NCBI RefSeq assembly: GCF_035594765.1
Contig: NC_085843.1
Location: forward strand, 55,784,201 to 55,848,200
Length of the DNA stretch: 64,000 nucleotides
Direction: 5' to 3'
From: Anolis carolinensis
Lineage: Eukaryota
The translations under genes and the position numbers were made by a program. Below are positions 1 through 12,990 of the stretch, piece by piece (the stretch's first letter is position 1; every line of letters starts with the position of its first letter). The notes beneath the pieces are model-generated. The model saw only the letters and a program-made list of their open reading frames with translations. It made no database searches and had not been told where the DNA came from.

Positions 1-699
1 TGCCACATTCTTCTATTTGATGGACAAGCCACAGTTAGATAGTGAGTTTTATTTAGTTTGATTGTAGATTAAATTTTTAATATCTGTAATGGAATGCCTC
101 TTCACCTGTTCATGTTGTGGCAACTTCAATGAAATTCCATTGATCCTTCCTGTTGATGTATATTAAGTCCTTTGAGAACTTTTAGCCACATTGGATCGCT
201 CAGTTCTTGCCTTTGGAACCTATCTCAAAGGGATTAATGTCTTCTGAACGAAATAGCACTTTTCTGCTCTCTTGAAGTAACTGATAGTAAGGTCCCTGCT
301 TGCTTTTTAAATCGTTAACTATTGCAGAAAGCAACAGCAGGCAGAATTCTAACTTGGATTTTTAAAAAGCTGGATACTGATTTTTAGCAGGATACTTAGA
401 TACTGTAGAATAACACTAGGTGTCTTTATTTCTATCACATTTTAGTTTTCTACTGTGTTTAAGGCCGAAGCCACCTTTGACCATGGGAATGAAACTGTTG
501 ATCCATTTGATCCTCTTGGAAGACTTGAATTCTATTGACTGTGGTTTCCATCTGTGATACTCTCTAAGGTTGGGAGCGGAGTCCCCACTTTATCATTGTC
601 CTGTTTCTACTTGTGATTATTGTTATGCTCCATGATAATTGTTCTACCTGGTTCTTAATACTTCGGTTTTGTCTTTTTAATGTTACCACTGTAATTTCC

Positions 700-1990
700 A
701 GTTCTACTCATACAACTCTCTTTATTTCTGTAGCTTTCTTCCATTAGCATTTTGGGAACAATGACAGTCTAGATGTGAATAAGTTTTTTTGTATTGTGGG
801 AAAATTCAGAGAGTTATGCGCCCAGGGAAATGCCTGTCTTGAACATTGTAATGATCTTGTTTAAAGGACATGTTCTGTAATCTCAGGATAATTCTAGGCT
901 CAGCATTACTTGTAGAAGTTCAGGTGGCAGCCAAAACCTAAAGTATATTTTTATTAGCCTTGGTTATTCATGGTAATACCCTGATTAGATTACAACAATA
1001 CAGTTCATGTCTTGAAGATATCTAAGGGCTCACAACTACTGTAGAGTGTCTACCCAATTTTTGACGAGAGTAACCCCATAAGGATTTTTTCAACATATAC
1101 TGTACTTCACTTCGCATTTCCAACCCAAACACATGGTGCTGGTTTTAACTTTTTAAGATTGAAATGGTCAGGATTCAGGTTACACTTATACTTTTAGATC
1201 TTTCTTTGAGTTCTGAATATTTCCCCATTAGTCCCTGCTCTGTATTCCATCCATGGATGCCTGAGAAGTACAACTTCTTCTATGGTAGTATCATGATCAT
1301 TCACCTTGAAGGTTTGTCTTCTCCCTTGAGAAAATTCTGGTTCTATTGGGAATTCCCTTTTATGCCCCTGTGTAGCATGTGTAGCATTTCAGGAAGTATA
1401 TCTAAGGTGGTTCAAGTACTCTGTTGTCCTATTGTGTGTTCAAAGTGGCTGTAATCCTGCTATTCATGATTGGTTCATCATGCTTTTCATCTATTTATTT
1501 CTGAAGTCCACTTACAATATCCAACAAGATCTAGTTCTCTTCTTCATTCAGAGATCTTAATGAGCCATACATGAAGTACTTCATCATTTCAGAAAAGCAT
1601 GTTAGCCTGAGAAATAGTAAATGGCTTATGGTCACTTACTGAATGTCATGTGGTTTTTTTGATATCCACTACTGCACCACAGTAGGTCTCAGAGAAAAAC
1701 AGAATTGTTATAGTAGTTGTGCTACTGTTCTGTACTCTTCTGTAGCCCATAGGGCTTTAGTGATAATTTTCTTTAGCAGTTTAGTGAATCTTGGCTTTAC
1801 TAACAATGTCCCTTTTAAATCAAGGACTATAAAAAGCAGAACCTCTTTCTTTGTTGGGCTGCTAAAATAATTTGCTAGTCCTGAAAATTCAGAAATGCTT
1901 GTTTGCATTAACCGTTTAGATTCAGTACACAAAACAATACCTTTTCCTGCATAGAATAAAGCTAACCAACCCATGAAAGTTAGTTGCAAA
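700..1990 (+). mobile_element. Highly decayed DIRS1-like (tyrosine-recombinase) retroelement remnant
   Basis: From 863 the frame reads KGHVL*SQDNSRLSITCRSSGGSQNL, resembling the DIRS RNase H motif HVLVxxDNxxxxxYIxxQGG. It is followed in DIRS order by FAFP / IQVTLILL (about 1110-1195) and a KxxTxFFVG segment (about 1830-1860). Many stops; boundaries approximate. Confidence 0.35.
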
Positions 1991-2204
1991 AAGGAACTTG
2001 GGCTATTTTGATTACACGGCTGACTGTTGCACTCCAGAATTCAACTGCTGTGGGTAGTATCCAGCACTCATACAGTTCTAGGTTCAAAAGAAAACTCTGC
2101 TTACATTTGTACTTTATTTTTCCCCAGATTATTGAGTGATGGAAGTATCTATGAGACAAACCACCTAAAGAGCCTCAGAACTGATATTGTAATCTAATTA
2201 TGAA

Positions 2205-2772
2205 CAGCTAAAAAAGCCAATGAAATTTCTAGACTGCATCAATAGTGTCTAGATTGAGAGAAGTAATACAACCACTCCATTCTGCTTTGATCAGACTTCA
2301 CTTAGAATACTGTGTCCAGTTCTGGGCACCCCAGTTCAAGAAAGATATTGACAATCTGAAACACGTCCAGAGAAGTGTGACCAAAGCTGTAAAGGAGCTG
2401 GAAGCCAAGCCCTGTGACGAGTGGCTTGGGGAATTGGGTATGTTTAACTTGGAAAAGATAAAGGGGCTGACATGATAGCCATGTTTAAATATTTGAAATG
2501 CTATCATATTGAGGAGGAGGCATGCTTTCTTTTTTGCTGTTTGCAGGAAAAGATATTTTTCCTAAACATCAGGGAAAAAAAATCTTGTTGGTAGGAGCTG
2601 TTTGACAGAAAAATATGCTGCCTTGGAGTGTAGTGGAGTCTCCTTCTCTGCTGGCCTTTTAAACAGTGGATAGATAGCCATCTGCCAGAAGTGCTTTGTT
2701 TTTATATTCCTGCCTGACATGAGGTTGAACTGGATGGCCCTTGCGGTCTTCTCCAGCTTTGTTTCTATGATC
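2205..2772 (+). mobile_element. CR1 LINE 3' fragment
   Basis: ORF 2245-2475 [24 protein letters not shown] matches the CR1 ORF2 C-terminus, followed by a CR1-type 3' UTR ending near TTCTATGA. Confidence 0.85.
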
Positions 2773-4430
2773 ACAGTAGCCATTTTTCTGCCTTGCACAA
2801 CTGCCCATCTTGAAATCTGTGCATTCAGTTCTAGGCTCAGTAAAAATACTACTACATTTACATATCTTTTTCTCCTAGATTACTGAATGATTTCAAAAGA
2901 ACCATCCAAAGGTCCTCAGAACCAATGCTTTAATTTGTGCAGTAGTCTGATCACAGCAAACATTCTGCATTGCAGAACTGCTCTTATTGATTTCTATGAA
3001 TCCTCCTACTTCATTCTCTTAAAAAAGTACAATTCTAATTGTGTGCAGTAACTCACCTAAAAATGTTTTAAAAATCACTCTACTTTTAATCTCTGTGACG
3101 TTTTCAAAGATCATTCTGTTTTAGGATAAATTCAGTAAACATTAAGGGAACAGATGTGATCTAATATACCGCTTGCCAGTACCTGCATAGTTATTACTTT
3201 AAAATATTTGAGATACATTCCTTATTGGTCTTTTCTGTTACGGTTACACTGTGTTTGCTGATAGTGATGGAGCATTTGTGTTGACTGTAGAAGACTACAG
3301 GTTTGCTCCCTAGCATTTACAGTATAATGGTTGGGGAGTTAAAAAGGTCTTCTTCCTTGTAGGAACTGGAGAATGCCTTTCCATCAAAATAGATAGCTCT
3401 GTACTAGTGAGTTAATGTTCTGATGTTGAAAAGGCAACATCATACAGGGAGCCAGTTTTACACAGGCGTTTCTTTTTTTAAAATTCTAGACAGAGCTTCC
3501 TTTGCTCCAAGGGCTACAGAGGAATTCTGATACTATATTGTAAGAGGTTGGTTCATTGCACAGAAGACCCATAATTCGAAAGAGAGAATTATTATGTTAT
3601 GTTATTAAGATCTTTCCAGACGAGGTACCGATTGTGTTGTTCATATGTAGCAAAAGAAGATAAAAGTGGCATTTTACAAAGTCCATAATACTTAATTGTT
3701 TCTCTGTGAGGTGTTACTTGGCACTTAGCTGCAACAAACATATCAGCTATGGGATGGAAATGTAATGTGCCCATGTTTAGATTCTGTCTTCAAATCCTTC
3801 TCTCAGGTTTTATGACATTTTTACATGCTTAGGTATTTTCTTTTAAAATGCACACCCATGCTTTCATAGGCAATTTTGACACTTTGCTAACATGCCAAAG
3901 TTATACTCATGTGTTTTGCTATATACAATACTTAGTATCTTTTGGTTATAGATATGGTTATGACAACAGCTTAGCATAATGACTGCCAGCTCTCACAGGA
4001 GGCTTTAAGATCAAATTTTCAGAGGTTGCCTATTGCATGCCAAAAATGTTCATTCTTTAGAGATTTCATTGAAAATATGTTTCATTGCACCTCTTTAACA
4101 TGTTATTAAGGCTATTCAGAATACTGTGTTGTATAGTTAAAAGAAAGCCATTCAAACTTTATTTAATTTAAGCATATTTTAGCTGTGTTTTAAAGCTAAA
4201 GTTATAGAAAACAGCATATATAAAAGGAATGAGAAGTTGTAATGAATATAATTCAGTATTCATTGTATTAATTATATTCATTATATATTATCATTTTATA
4301 TGCTGAATACATAATGAATTCAGTATACTGGATCAGTCTTCCTTATGAAAAATGTTTGGTACCAGAATTAAGATTTTGGAATTATCTGCATTTGCATATG
4401 CACAGTGAATGAGGGATTGAGGAGGGGGGA

Positions 4431-4760
4431 GAAAGGGGGGTTAGTCATGCATCCAGCACCTGCCAAGCTCTCCTCCAAAGAGCCTCTCCTACCACTGCTA
4501 GAAATTTGACTGGGGAGGGGATAGGAGTAAGCTTACACAAGCCCCATTGGAAGAAGCAGACATCCCAGACACTTCCGAGGTTGTCAGCACGCCTTTTGCT
4601 CACTTAACAAAGGAACCAGAAAGGGAGGGAGAAAATTTCCCTAGCAAGTCTTTTAAAAAATTCTTTCTGAGCTGGATTCAGCTCTGCACTCACTCTTGTG
4701 TCCTATTTCTAGGGTGCCTCCCCCACTACACTGTGCTGGATGTGTGACTAACCCCCTTTC
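4431..4760. mobile_element. MITE with about 28-bp terminal inverted repeats (PIF/Harbinger-like), nested in an older Tigger-like remnant
   Basis: GAAAGGGGGGTTAGTCATGCATCCAGCAC (4431-4459) is nearly the reverse complement of GTGCTGGATGTGTGACTAACCCCCTTTC (4733-4760). Confidence 0.5.
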
Positions 4761-5651
4761 CTAAATGATGAACATGGGTAACTAACAGCAAAAGGTTTTA
4801 TGTTTTGGAGTAGTTTTAGGTTTCCAGTTAGCTTATAATGCAACCAGCATGTTGTAATTGTTCAGATGCTGGACTGCAACATTTTCAGCCCTGGAAATCT
4901 AGGTGGCTTTGGACACACTTTCCTCAGATGTCGAACAAAGCTTTCCAAGAAAAGTGTGTGATAGTCACCATATCATGCATAGGTAACTTGTATCATGCAG
5001 GCACAAAACAAATGTATATAATAAACAAAAAAGGAATGTTGTGCACATTAATTTTGAGATTGTTGAGCTCGAAAACAAGTTTTTTTGAAGGCAACAGTGC
5101 AAAAAGAGGTCTTCAAGGTCTTTGTTAAATGCTTTTATTGAAAGTGTGAGGAATACACCTGTTAGAAGGAAGTCCAGCAAATAGGCTGTTTCCTTTATGT
5201 ATGTCGGGCTGATTAATCTTAACATCAGGCATTCAAGAAGGACCACTCATCTAGATCTTAATGCAGGGATAGGCAGCACAGTACCACAATCCATTTTCAC
5301 CGTTTAATTCTGAACATGACCCTTCTCAGGGGTGGGTGCAATTTCGCTTTGTTTCTAACATTCAGGAAGGGTTGGTTTTCCCCAAAAGTGGGAAATACTC
5401 TTAATTTATACAAAACATAAAGCTACCATCTTTGTTCTCTTAGTATCTAAGCTGCGATAAAGTCTCTTTGCATACTGATATTCTACAGTAATATGGCTAT
5501 GCCTTTGAATACTTTTTAGGCGCTATCAGCAAACAAGTGGCTGTAGGTTTTGGACCATTTGTGGAAGTGGCAAAGCATAATGTATGTTGTAGCAATTTAA
5601 TTTGGAGGTAACCAACGAGAAGCCAATGTGCCCAATAAGATGTAGCAGATA

Positions 5652-5971
5652 CAGTAGAGTCTCACTTATCCAACATAAACGGGCCGGCAGAACGTTGGAT
5701 AAGCGGATATGTTGGATAATGAGGGATTAAGGAAAAGGCTATTAAACATCAAATTAGGTTATGATTTTACAAATTAAGCACCAAAACATCATGCTATACA
5801 ACAAATTTGACAGAAAAAGTAGTTCAATAAGAAATAATGCTATGTAGTAATTACTGTATTTACGAATTTAGTACCAAAATATCACGATTTATTGAAAACA
5901 TTGACTACAAAACTGCGTTGGATAATCCAGAACGTTGGATAAGCGAGTGTTGGATAAGTGAGACTCTACTG
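5652..5971. mobile_element. Tc1/mariner (pogo/Tigger-type) MITE
   Basis: Perfect 23-bp TIR CAGTAGAGTCTCACTTATCCAAC, TA on both sides; a second copy sits at 63057-63566. Confidence 0.9.
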
Positions 5972-6184
5972 TATACAGAAGAGCTTTTGGAAAACACCTC
6001 TGGCCATTACAGACAGCAGTGAATCCAGGAACAGCCTTATAATGCAAAACTGGTTCTTGAAAAGGAGAACTCATTTTGTGCCACAGACTAGATCCACTGA
6101 CTTCCCCTTCATTTTTCCTAGATTGAGGTTATCTCTCATTTTCTCCAGTGTTTTAGATACCTGCTCAGGATTTGCTCAGCCTCC

Positions 6185-6290
6185 CTGAGATTTTGGGATG
6201 AAAAAGAGGTATAGCTGCAGATCATCTTTATATTGGTGGCCCTGAAATGAAATGCTTTGGATTATTTCTCTCAATGATCTCATACTGGTG
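6185..6290 (-). mobile_element. L2/CR1-clade LINE reverse-transcriptase fragment
   Basis: ORF 6176-6367(-) contains HQYKDDLQLYL, a decayed HQYADDTQLYL RT motif. Confidence 0.55.
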
Positions 6291-6629
6291 TTGAACTTCA
6301 GGAACACAATAAAATCTTGCAATACCATACAAGTCAAAAGAACACGTGCAGCAGAAACATGGCGCACAACTGCTTTATGGTACTAACCATTGAGAATGTA
6401 AAAATAATTGTAGTACAGTCTGGATAGCTGGATCAGAAAACATGACATGGCTAATGGTGACAGGCTCAAGTAAGAGAGCCAATAAGAAAAAGAAATGCTG
6501 AAAAAGATTTACCTTCCCATCATTGTGATAATATAATTATTTTGTTTTTGTTTCTTTATTGAAGAGATTAAAAGCGATTTCATAAAGCAAACAAGACAAA
6601 TATACTTGGTAATTGAGACCCAATATTTA

Positions 6630-6921
6630 ACTATTTATGTATTTATCCTGTCAGAAGCGAATTGGGGGTACAGTTATCATGTATTTAAAAATACAAACAA
6701 AGTTAAAAACTTGGCATTATACTAAATGTCCTTTGAACAGAAGCTGGCCACTTGAAGTGTCTCTGGTGTCGCTGTAAGAAGGTCTTCCATTGTGGATTTG
6801 GCAGGGCTCAGATTGCCTTGTAGTCTGTGGTTTGCTCTTCTCCACATTTGCATGTCGTGGAGTCTACTTTGTAGCCCCATTTCTGAAGTTTGGCTCTGCA
6901 TCTTGTGCCAGAGCGCAGTCT
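6630..6921 (-). mobile_element. Vingi/Ingi-type LINE 3' fragment
   Basis: Minus strand encodes LRSGTRCRAKLQKWGYKVDSTTCKCGEEQTTD (C-terminal Zn-knuckle region), then a 3' UTR with a (TAAA)-like tail. Confidence 0.65.
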
Positions 6922-7860
6922 CAAAAATTCCCCAAAGTTCTAGGAATTATCTTAGTGGCGGAAAGACCACATGCGCAGTATGGAAGTGCTGTCTTTGTGG
7001 AACCAGGCCTCTAAGTTAGCAGTGAAGAATTTAACAATTAAGGACATCAGTAGTACAGTAGTTCTTGAGACATTTTCTTTAACAGATGGCATACATACTA
7101 TTACTTGATTGAGTTTGCAGATTTTTTCTGTGATTTCATGTTTAGTTTGGACATTGTATACATTTCTATGGTTAATTTGAGGTTTTTGGGTCTCTGAATG
7201 GTTTTGACAGCGTTGTCTTTGCTTAAATGTATAAATTGAAGTATTCCAACGCAAATTGGGTGGCTGAACCTTCAACTTCTTTGGCTATTGAATTGTGCCA
7301 TCTTGATATGAAAGTGGACAAGAACTCACACTGATAGGCTTATAATGTATAGAAGAAGATTGTTCTAAGACCTCTGATATTTTCCACACTTTTCTTTCAT
7401 AGGTGATCTTAACTGTGTTCAAACAGAGCAATAGTGAAAAACGTAATCCTAGTATAATATCTTGCAAAACCACCGCTTGAGTATTCCTTGCCTATGAAAA
7501 TCCTACGTATGACATTCATGGAATCGCCATAAATTTACAGGTGAGTCAAAGGTAGTTATATACAAAATATCTCACAACTTTCAAAACTGTAAATTGGCCA
7601 TATTTCAGTTGGAGGGGCTTCCCTCCAGCCTCACATTTGGTGTTACTGTCAAACATGCTGGTTCAGCGCAGCCAGCTCCCACAAGTCACAAGGGAAATTA
7701 TGTTGATCGGTTTGAAGAGTAGACTGGGGAATTTGAGGGTTAGGTACAGGTGGTAAAATCAAGCCACAGATTCTCCTGGGATAGCAACACAAAACAGAGT
7801 GCTAATTTGTACACCGTGTTTATCTTTGGCACCATTTCTGTGGTGCTGAAGTCTTCTATG

Positions 7861-7861
<1 letters not shown>

Positions 7862-7889
<28 letters not shown>
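7862..7889. repeat. (CA)14 microsatellite
   Basis: Perfect CA run. Confidence 0.95.
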
Positions 7890-7894
<5 letters not shown>

Positions 7895-8151
7895 TATGGT
7901 GAGGTAAGTGACTGATTCCTCAGCAATGCAAACAACTGTGATAACAATGGGGAACACTTTGAGTACAACCTGCTAACGTTGAAATGTACTGTTGTTCCTA
8001 GCTAGGGGGAGAGCCTGTAATGCTAGTTTGTTAATTAGATCACTTACTTCATTTCATATCTTAATAGTCTCTAATCCTACCCCTCGTAGGGATTAGTTGA
8101 ACGTGTAACAGTTTGCCTTTATTGCTCTTATTGAGTCTTGTTGGTCTTAAC

Positions 8152-8878
8152 CAGGGGTCCTCAAACTTTTTAAGCCGAGGGCCAGTCCACAATCCTTCAG
8201 ACTGTTGAGGGGCCAGATTATCATTTGAAAAAAATACAAACAAATTCCAATGCACACTGCATATGTCTTATCTGTAGTGCAAAAACAACAAGAACAAGAA
8301 CAATGAAAGAACAATACAATATTTAAAAATAAAAACAATTTTAACCAATATACATTTATCAGGATTTCAATGGGAAGTGTGGTCCTGCTTCTGGCCAATG
8401 AGGTAGTTAGTCAAGTTAATTAGGGTTGTTGTTGTTGTTGTTGTGTGCCTTCAAGTCATTTCAGACTTTGGGTGAGCCTAAGTCTAAAATTTATTTATTT
8501 ATTTATTTATTGTTTACTGCATTTATTTACTACATTTGTATCACACCCTTCTCATCCCAAAGGGGACTCAGAGTGGCTTACAAATTATATGTACATACAA
8601 TATATTATATTATTAGCATAGCACAATATTAGCATTATATATTACTATATTGAACTATACCACTATACTGTAATATTATTAGTAATATTATATGTAATAT
8701 AGAATATATAATTAATATTATTATATGGTATTATTATTAGTGTTATATTGTATTAAATTATAATATTATTATCAATATTATATGTATATACAATATATTA
8801 TAAAACTGAGGGCGGGGGCCAGGTAAATGACTTCGGAGGGCCGCATCCGGCCCCCGGGCCTTAGTTTGGGGACCCCTG
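8152..8878. mobile_element. Non-autonomous hAT (Charlie/OC1-like) element
   Basis: TIRs CAGGGGTCCTCAAACT / AGTTTGGGGACCCCTG; perfect 8-bp TSD GTCTTAAC (8144-8151, 8879-8886); internal L2-type tail and AT-rich low-complexity tract. Confidence 0.9.
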
Positions 8879-10964
8879 GTCTTAACTGAGTCTCTTATCG
8901 ATTTATTACGACTTCTTTATTGTGCCATTTATACTTCAGTGTTTGCTGCAATATTTCCCACTAAACCATAAAAAACACCAAGTCTACTTATCTACCCTCA
9001 GATTATTGGACATTAACTGCTGGCTAGTGCCTCAAATGTCAGTGAATCCATCTTTTACAATTTTTGCTCTGGAGGCTTGTTTGAAGCAGATTCTGGTAAA
9101 AGTTGTTATAGCATCCACTTGTTCAAGCTACTCATTCTAGCTCAGTGTTTTAACACCAAGCTTTAAAAATCTCTTGCTTATCTTCTAGTCAAAAACATAT
9201 TTTCTCAAGTTTCCATGACTTTATCGTTTCAGTGAAATATTGCTTTGTAATTCTTTATGAATAAAAAACATTATGGAAGCTATTGCAACATTAAAATGAA
9301 GTGATATTGCATTAATTAATATAGGTTGGAACTTGTTCCATAAACCCACTTCTAGAAATTGCAAATAAAGAAATTTTGCAAAGTATTACAATAATGTTCA
9401 GATATCTCCTCAAAAGTCCTCCAGTTGTGTTAAAGAATAGATTTTTAAAACATTATTTTCCTGATGCCTTATTTTCAGTGTGTTTCTGAATTCTGTCACC
9501 CTTGATTCTTTCCCTTAAATTTGCTTCTCTCACTAAACTTTGTATATATAAACTGACATTTAGTTCAGGTTTTTGGTGAATGCTTGCATAGTAATTAAAA
9601 AAGAAAATGAATGAATGTGCAACAGCTTTTGCATGTGCAATTTTATTGAGTTGTCTTCATTTGACAATTTTGTGAATGCAGGATTTCAGTCATAATATTT
9701 ATATGCCTGCTTATATTTGCCAGTCTTAATATTAACAAATCCTATCAAGTGTTGATTTTTCTGTTGGTGGGTCATAATAATAAAGAGATTTAAGGAGTAA
9801 GACTATATATTTGGACACTTTTCAGTACAGCCATATTTCATGTGTGTATGAAGCAGTATATATCACTTTTCCTTTAAGCACAACTGTCTTTTTAATATTA
9901 CAGTTTTAAAATACAGCTATCTAGGACAATTCCTTTAAAAATGCTTTAGCTCTCCAAATCTGGAATTCATTACTTACTTAGCTAACCACCCCAATACTGT
10001 TGCCTTTTAGATATTTTGAATGCAGCATCTATCAGCCCTAGGTCTAATGATGAGAAATCATGAAAGCTTAAGTGCGAAATATTTGGTGGTCACTCAGTTG
10101 CAGAAAGGTGTGTTGATGAATGTCTGACATGAAAGTACAAATTATTGATTATTCATACTTACTTTCTTGGAGTTAGTGCTGTGATTAACAAAACAATCCT
10201 CTAGTCTTATTACTCCAGTGGGCAGCTAATATCATCATAGTTCTATTGGCATTCTGTGTACTTCTAGCAGATACGTTGACAGGGAAATTATGGCCCTTCA
10301 GGAAGGGGATTGTAATATCTCTGACAACTACTCACTCACCATTCCTGACAATGCATCTGATATCCCTTTGTCATATGGAGCTGCATGCCAGCACTGCCAC
10401 TTAGTCACTGCGCACAGAAGAGTCAATCTGCATGCAGCAATAAGCAAGCACTGCCATCATTCTGCTGTCTTCCCTCTTTTCCTACACCCATGATACAACC
10501 TTTCCACCACACTATATTATTTTTCTTTTAAACGTTTAAAACATTATTATTGTAAGCACAAGTAGAGTGATACAGATCTCAATAACAATTCTGAAAGGGT
10601 AAATATAACAAATAAATGGAGGGGAGAAAAATGGTTGGACACAAGTGGAATTGGTAAGGTTATGAAAATTGGACATATCAAACTGAGAGAAAATGTAAGT
10701 GGAATCCCATACTGAACAGGAGCAGCAGGTCTATTCTGGACAGCATGATCTAACAAACAATGCTCTTCTGGGATCTGTGTTGACAGGTTCAAACAGAACT
10801 CGCACAGAAACAGTACAGTACCATCCTTTTGACTCAATAATATGCTGGTGGTCTTGTATGTTGACTGTGGTTAGTAGGCATTGTAGTCTAGTACAGCTGA
10901 AAGATGTAGTTTTGGAAGGTAGAACAGTCATGTAACCACATTTTACCTAGAATAACATATAGAG

Positions 10965-11100
10965 CAGTGATTCTCAGCCTGGGGTCCCCAGATGTTTTTG
11001 GTCTACAACTCCCAGAAAATCCCAGCCAGTTTACCAACTGTTAGGATTTCTGGGAGTTGAAGGTCAAAACATTTGGGGACCCACAGGTTGAGGACCACTG
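10965..11100. mobile_element. Short palindromic hAT MITE
   Basis: TIR CAGTGATTCTCAGCCT / AGGTTGAGGACCACTG; fold-back core CTACAACTCCCAGAA..TTCTGGGAGTTGAAG; same family as 12387-12520. Confidence 0.8.
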
Positions 11101-12169
11101 GTCTAGGGTTTTAGAATAAGGTTTCACCTTCTCTTGTAGGAATAATAATCCTCTAAGGAGAAGGCAAGCTATGGAAGGAAAGGGAAAAAAAACTGGCACT
11201 GGGATAAACAAATCTGTATTCTTAAAGGGAAAAAATGCTCAACTGGAAAAAGAAATAGTTGAAATAAATAAAGGCTGCCAGGAAAGTCTGTAAAATCAAA
11301 ACTTCTTTGTGCATGTGTAGCGGGTAAGATTCCTGCTGGATAATGTGTAAGCAGGTAGGACCATTCATTTCATCTTTGATATTTCACATAATACTGGAAC
11401 CATACAGTCTAATCATATGGCCATAGAAAAATATAGCAATGATGCATCCTGAAGTATTATTTTAAATTGTTGTTCTTCAGACTTGACCATATCAAGCATA
11501 AATGTGACTGCAAAGCAAGTCTCGGCAACTTTTGTGGATGATATTTTGCATCACATCATTGACAAAAAAAGGTTGTTGTTGTTTTTTAATCATTTAATTT
11601 TTTTTGTAAAATGCTTTAAAAGCTTTGCTTTTAAAATTTATTTCCATTTCCCCCCCCTTTTGTACTGTCCTCCAAGCCACTTTGGAAAACAGAGTCCAGA
11701 AGGAATATACAGGGTGTTTTAAATTGCATACATCTTGTTTTCAAGAAAAAATGGGGTTATTAGTGAATAATTCTGCTTTTAAACAAGGAATATGCTCCTT
11801 CCATTTTTTTTAACAGTGTTTGCTGTTGCACTGTTGAAATATGATACGCAGTAGCAGTTTCACTGGGGAGAGCCACGGCTTACAAGGGATGGGGGGTGGT
11901 GATCCATGTGTTGCTCCCCTGGCAATAAAATATAATCAGATGGAAGGTTTCAGGCTCAGCATAGACATATAACGCCTGAGTCCTCCATCTAGCTTCACAG
12001 AAAGAGAGCCGATCCACCACCACATGAACTGTCAGAGAGGCATTAGACTATTTAGCTAACTACCACACTTTGATCTGACTTAGGATGCCTTTTATTTAAT
12101 TCATTCCCAGTGACCTCCATGATTAAACTGCCTCTGCTTTTGCTTATTGGTCCAACCAACCTCATGCAT

Positions 12170-12990
12170 TGAGTCACAGAATTGAAGGGAACCTTAATCG
12201 CCATCTAGTCCAGTCCTCTGCCAGTTCAGGAATCCATAAGTAACATACCTTGAGAGATGGCCATTCAACCTTTGTTTAAAGACCTGTAGTGAAGAAGGGA
12301 TCATCAGTGTCTGAGGTAGTCCATTCCAGTGTCAAATAGCTTTTATTGGAGGATTTTCTTCTGCATGTTGATTACACGCTGTAGTGCAATGGTTCTCAAC
12401 CTATGGGTCCCCAGGTGTTTTGGCTTACAACTTCCAGAAATCCTACCAGTTTACCAGCTGTTAGGATTTCAGGGAGTTGAAGGCCAAAACATCTAGGTAT
12501 CCACAGGTTGAGAACCACTGCTGTAGTGGAAGAAAACAAACTTTCTGTATCTTCCATGAGAAGGTCCTTTATGTATTTGAAGGTGGCTAATGTTCAACGT
12601 TCAGTTTTTTCTTCCTCAAGCCGAATAGGCCCAGCTTGGTTTGACAGTACATATGTCTGATTCCCAGTCACTTTTTATATTTAAGAAAAATGCTCTTGCA
12701 AAATTAAAAACCAATTTGGCTTAAATGTACATTTCTTTCTTTTTTTATTTTCCCCTCCCCTTTTCTTCATTCCTCCTTTTTTGTCACCTTGGCTTCCCTT
12801 CACTGAATTCAACATACTCTGTGATGCTCGCAAGTAGAGACAATCCAAAAGACTGTGGCATTATTACTTTGCTTGACCTAAACACTGCAATTCTTGTCAA
12901 TGCAATCTAGAATTGCATTAGCTTTTTTTCTACCTTATCACACACTGTTGACTGATGTTTAACTTGTCATCTATTATGACCCCAGGATCA
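12170..12990 (-). mobile_element. Decayed CR1 LINE fragments interrupted by a MITE
   Basis: Reverse-complement CR1 3' end at about 12170-12365 and RT-region pieces (DPGVIIDDKLNISQQC in ORF 12930-13133). Confidence 0.6.
12387..12520. mobile_element. Short palindromic hAT MITE (134 bp)
   Basis: TIR CAATGGTTCTCAACCT / AGGTTGAGAACCACTG; perfect 8-bp TSD CTGTAGTG. Confidence 0.9.
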
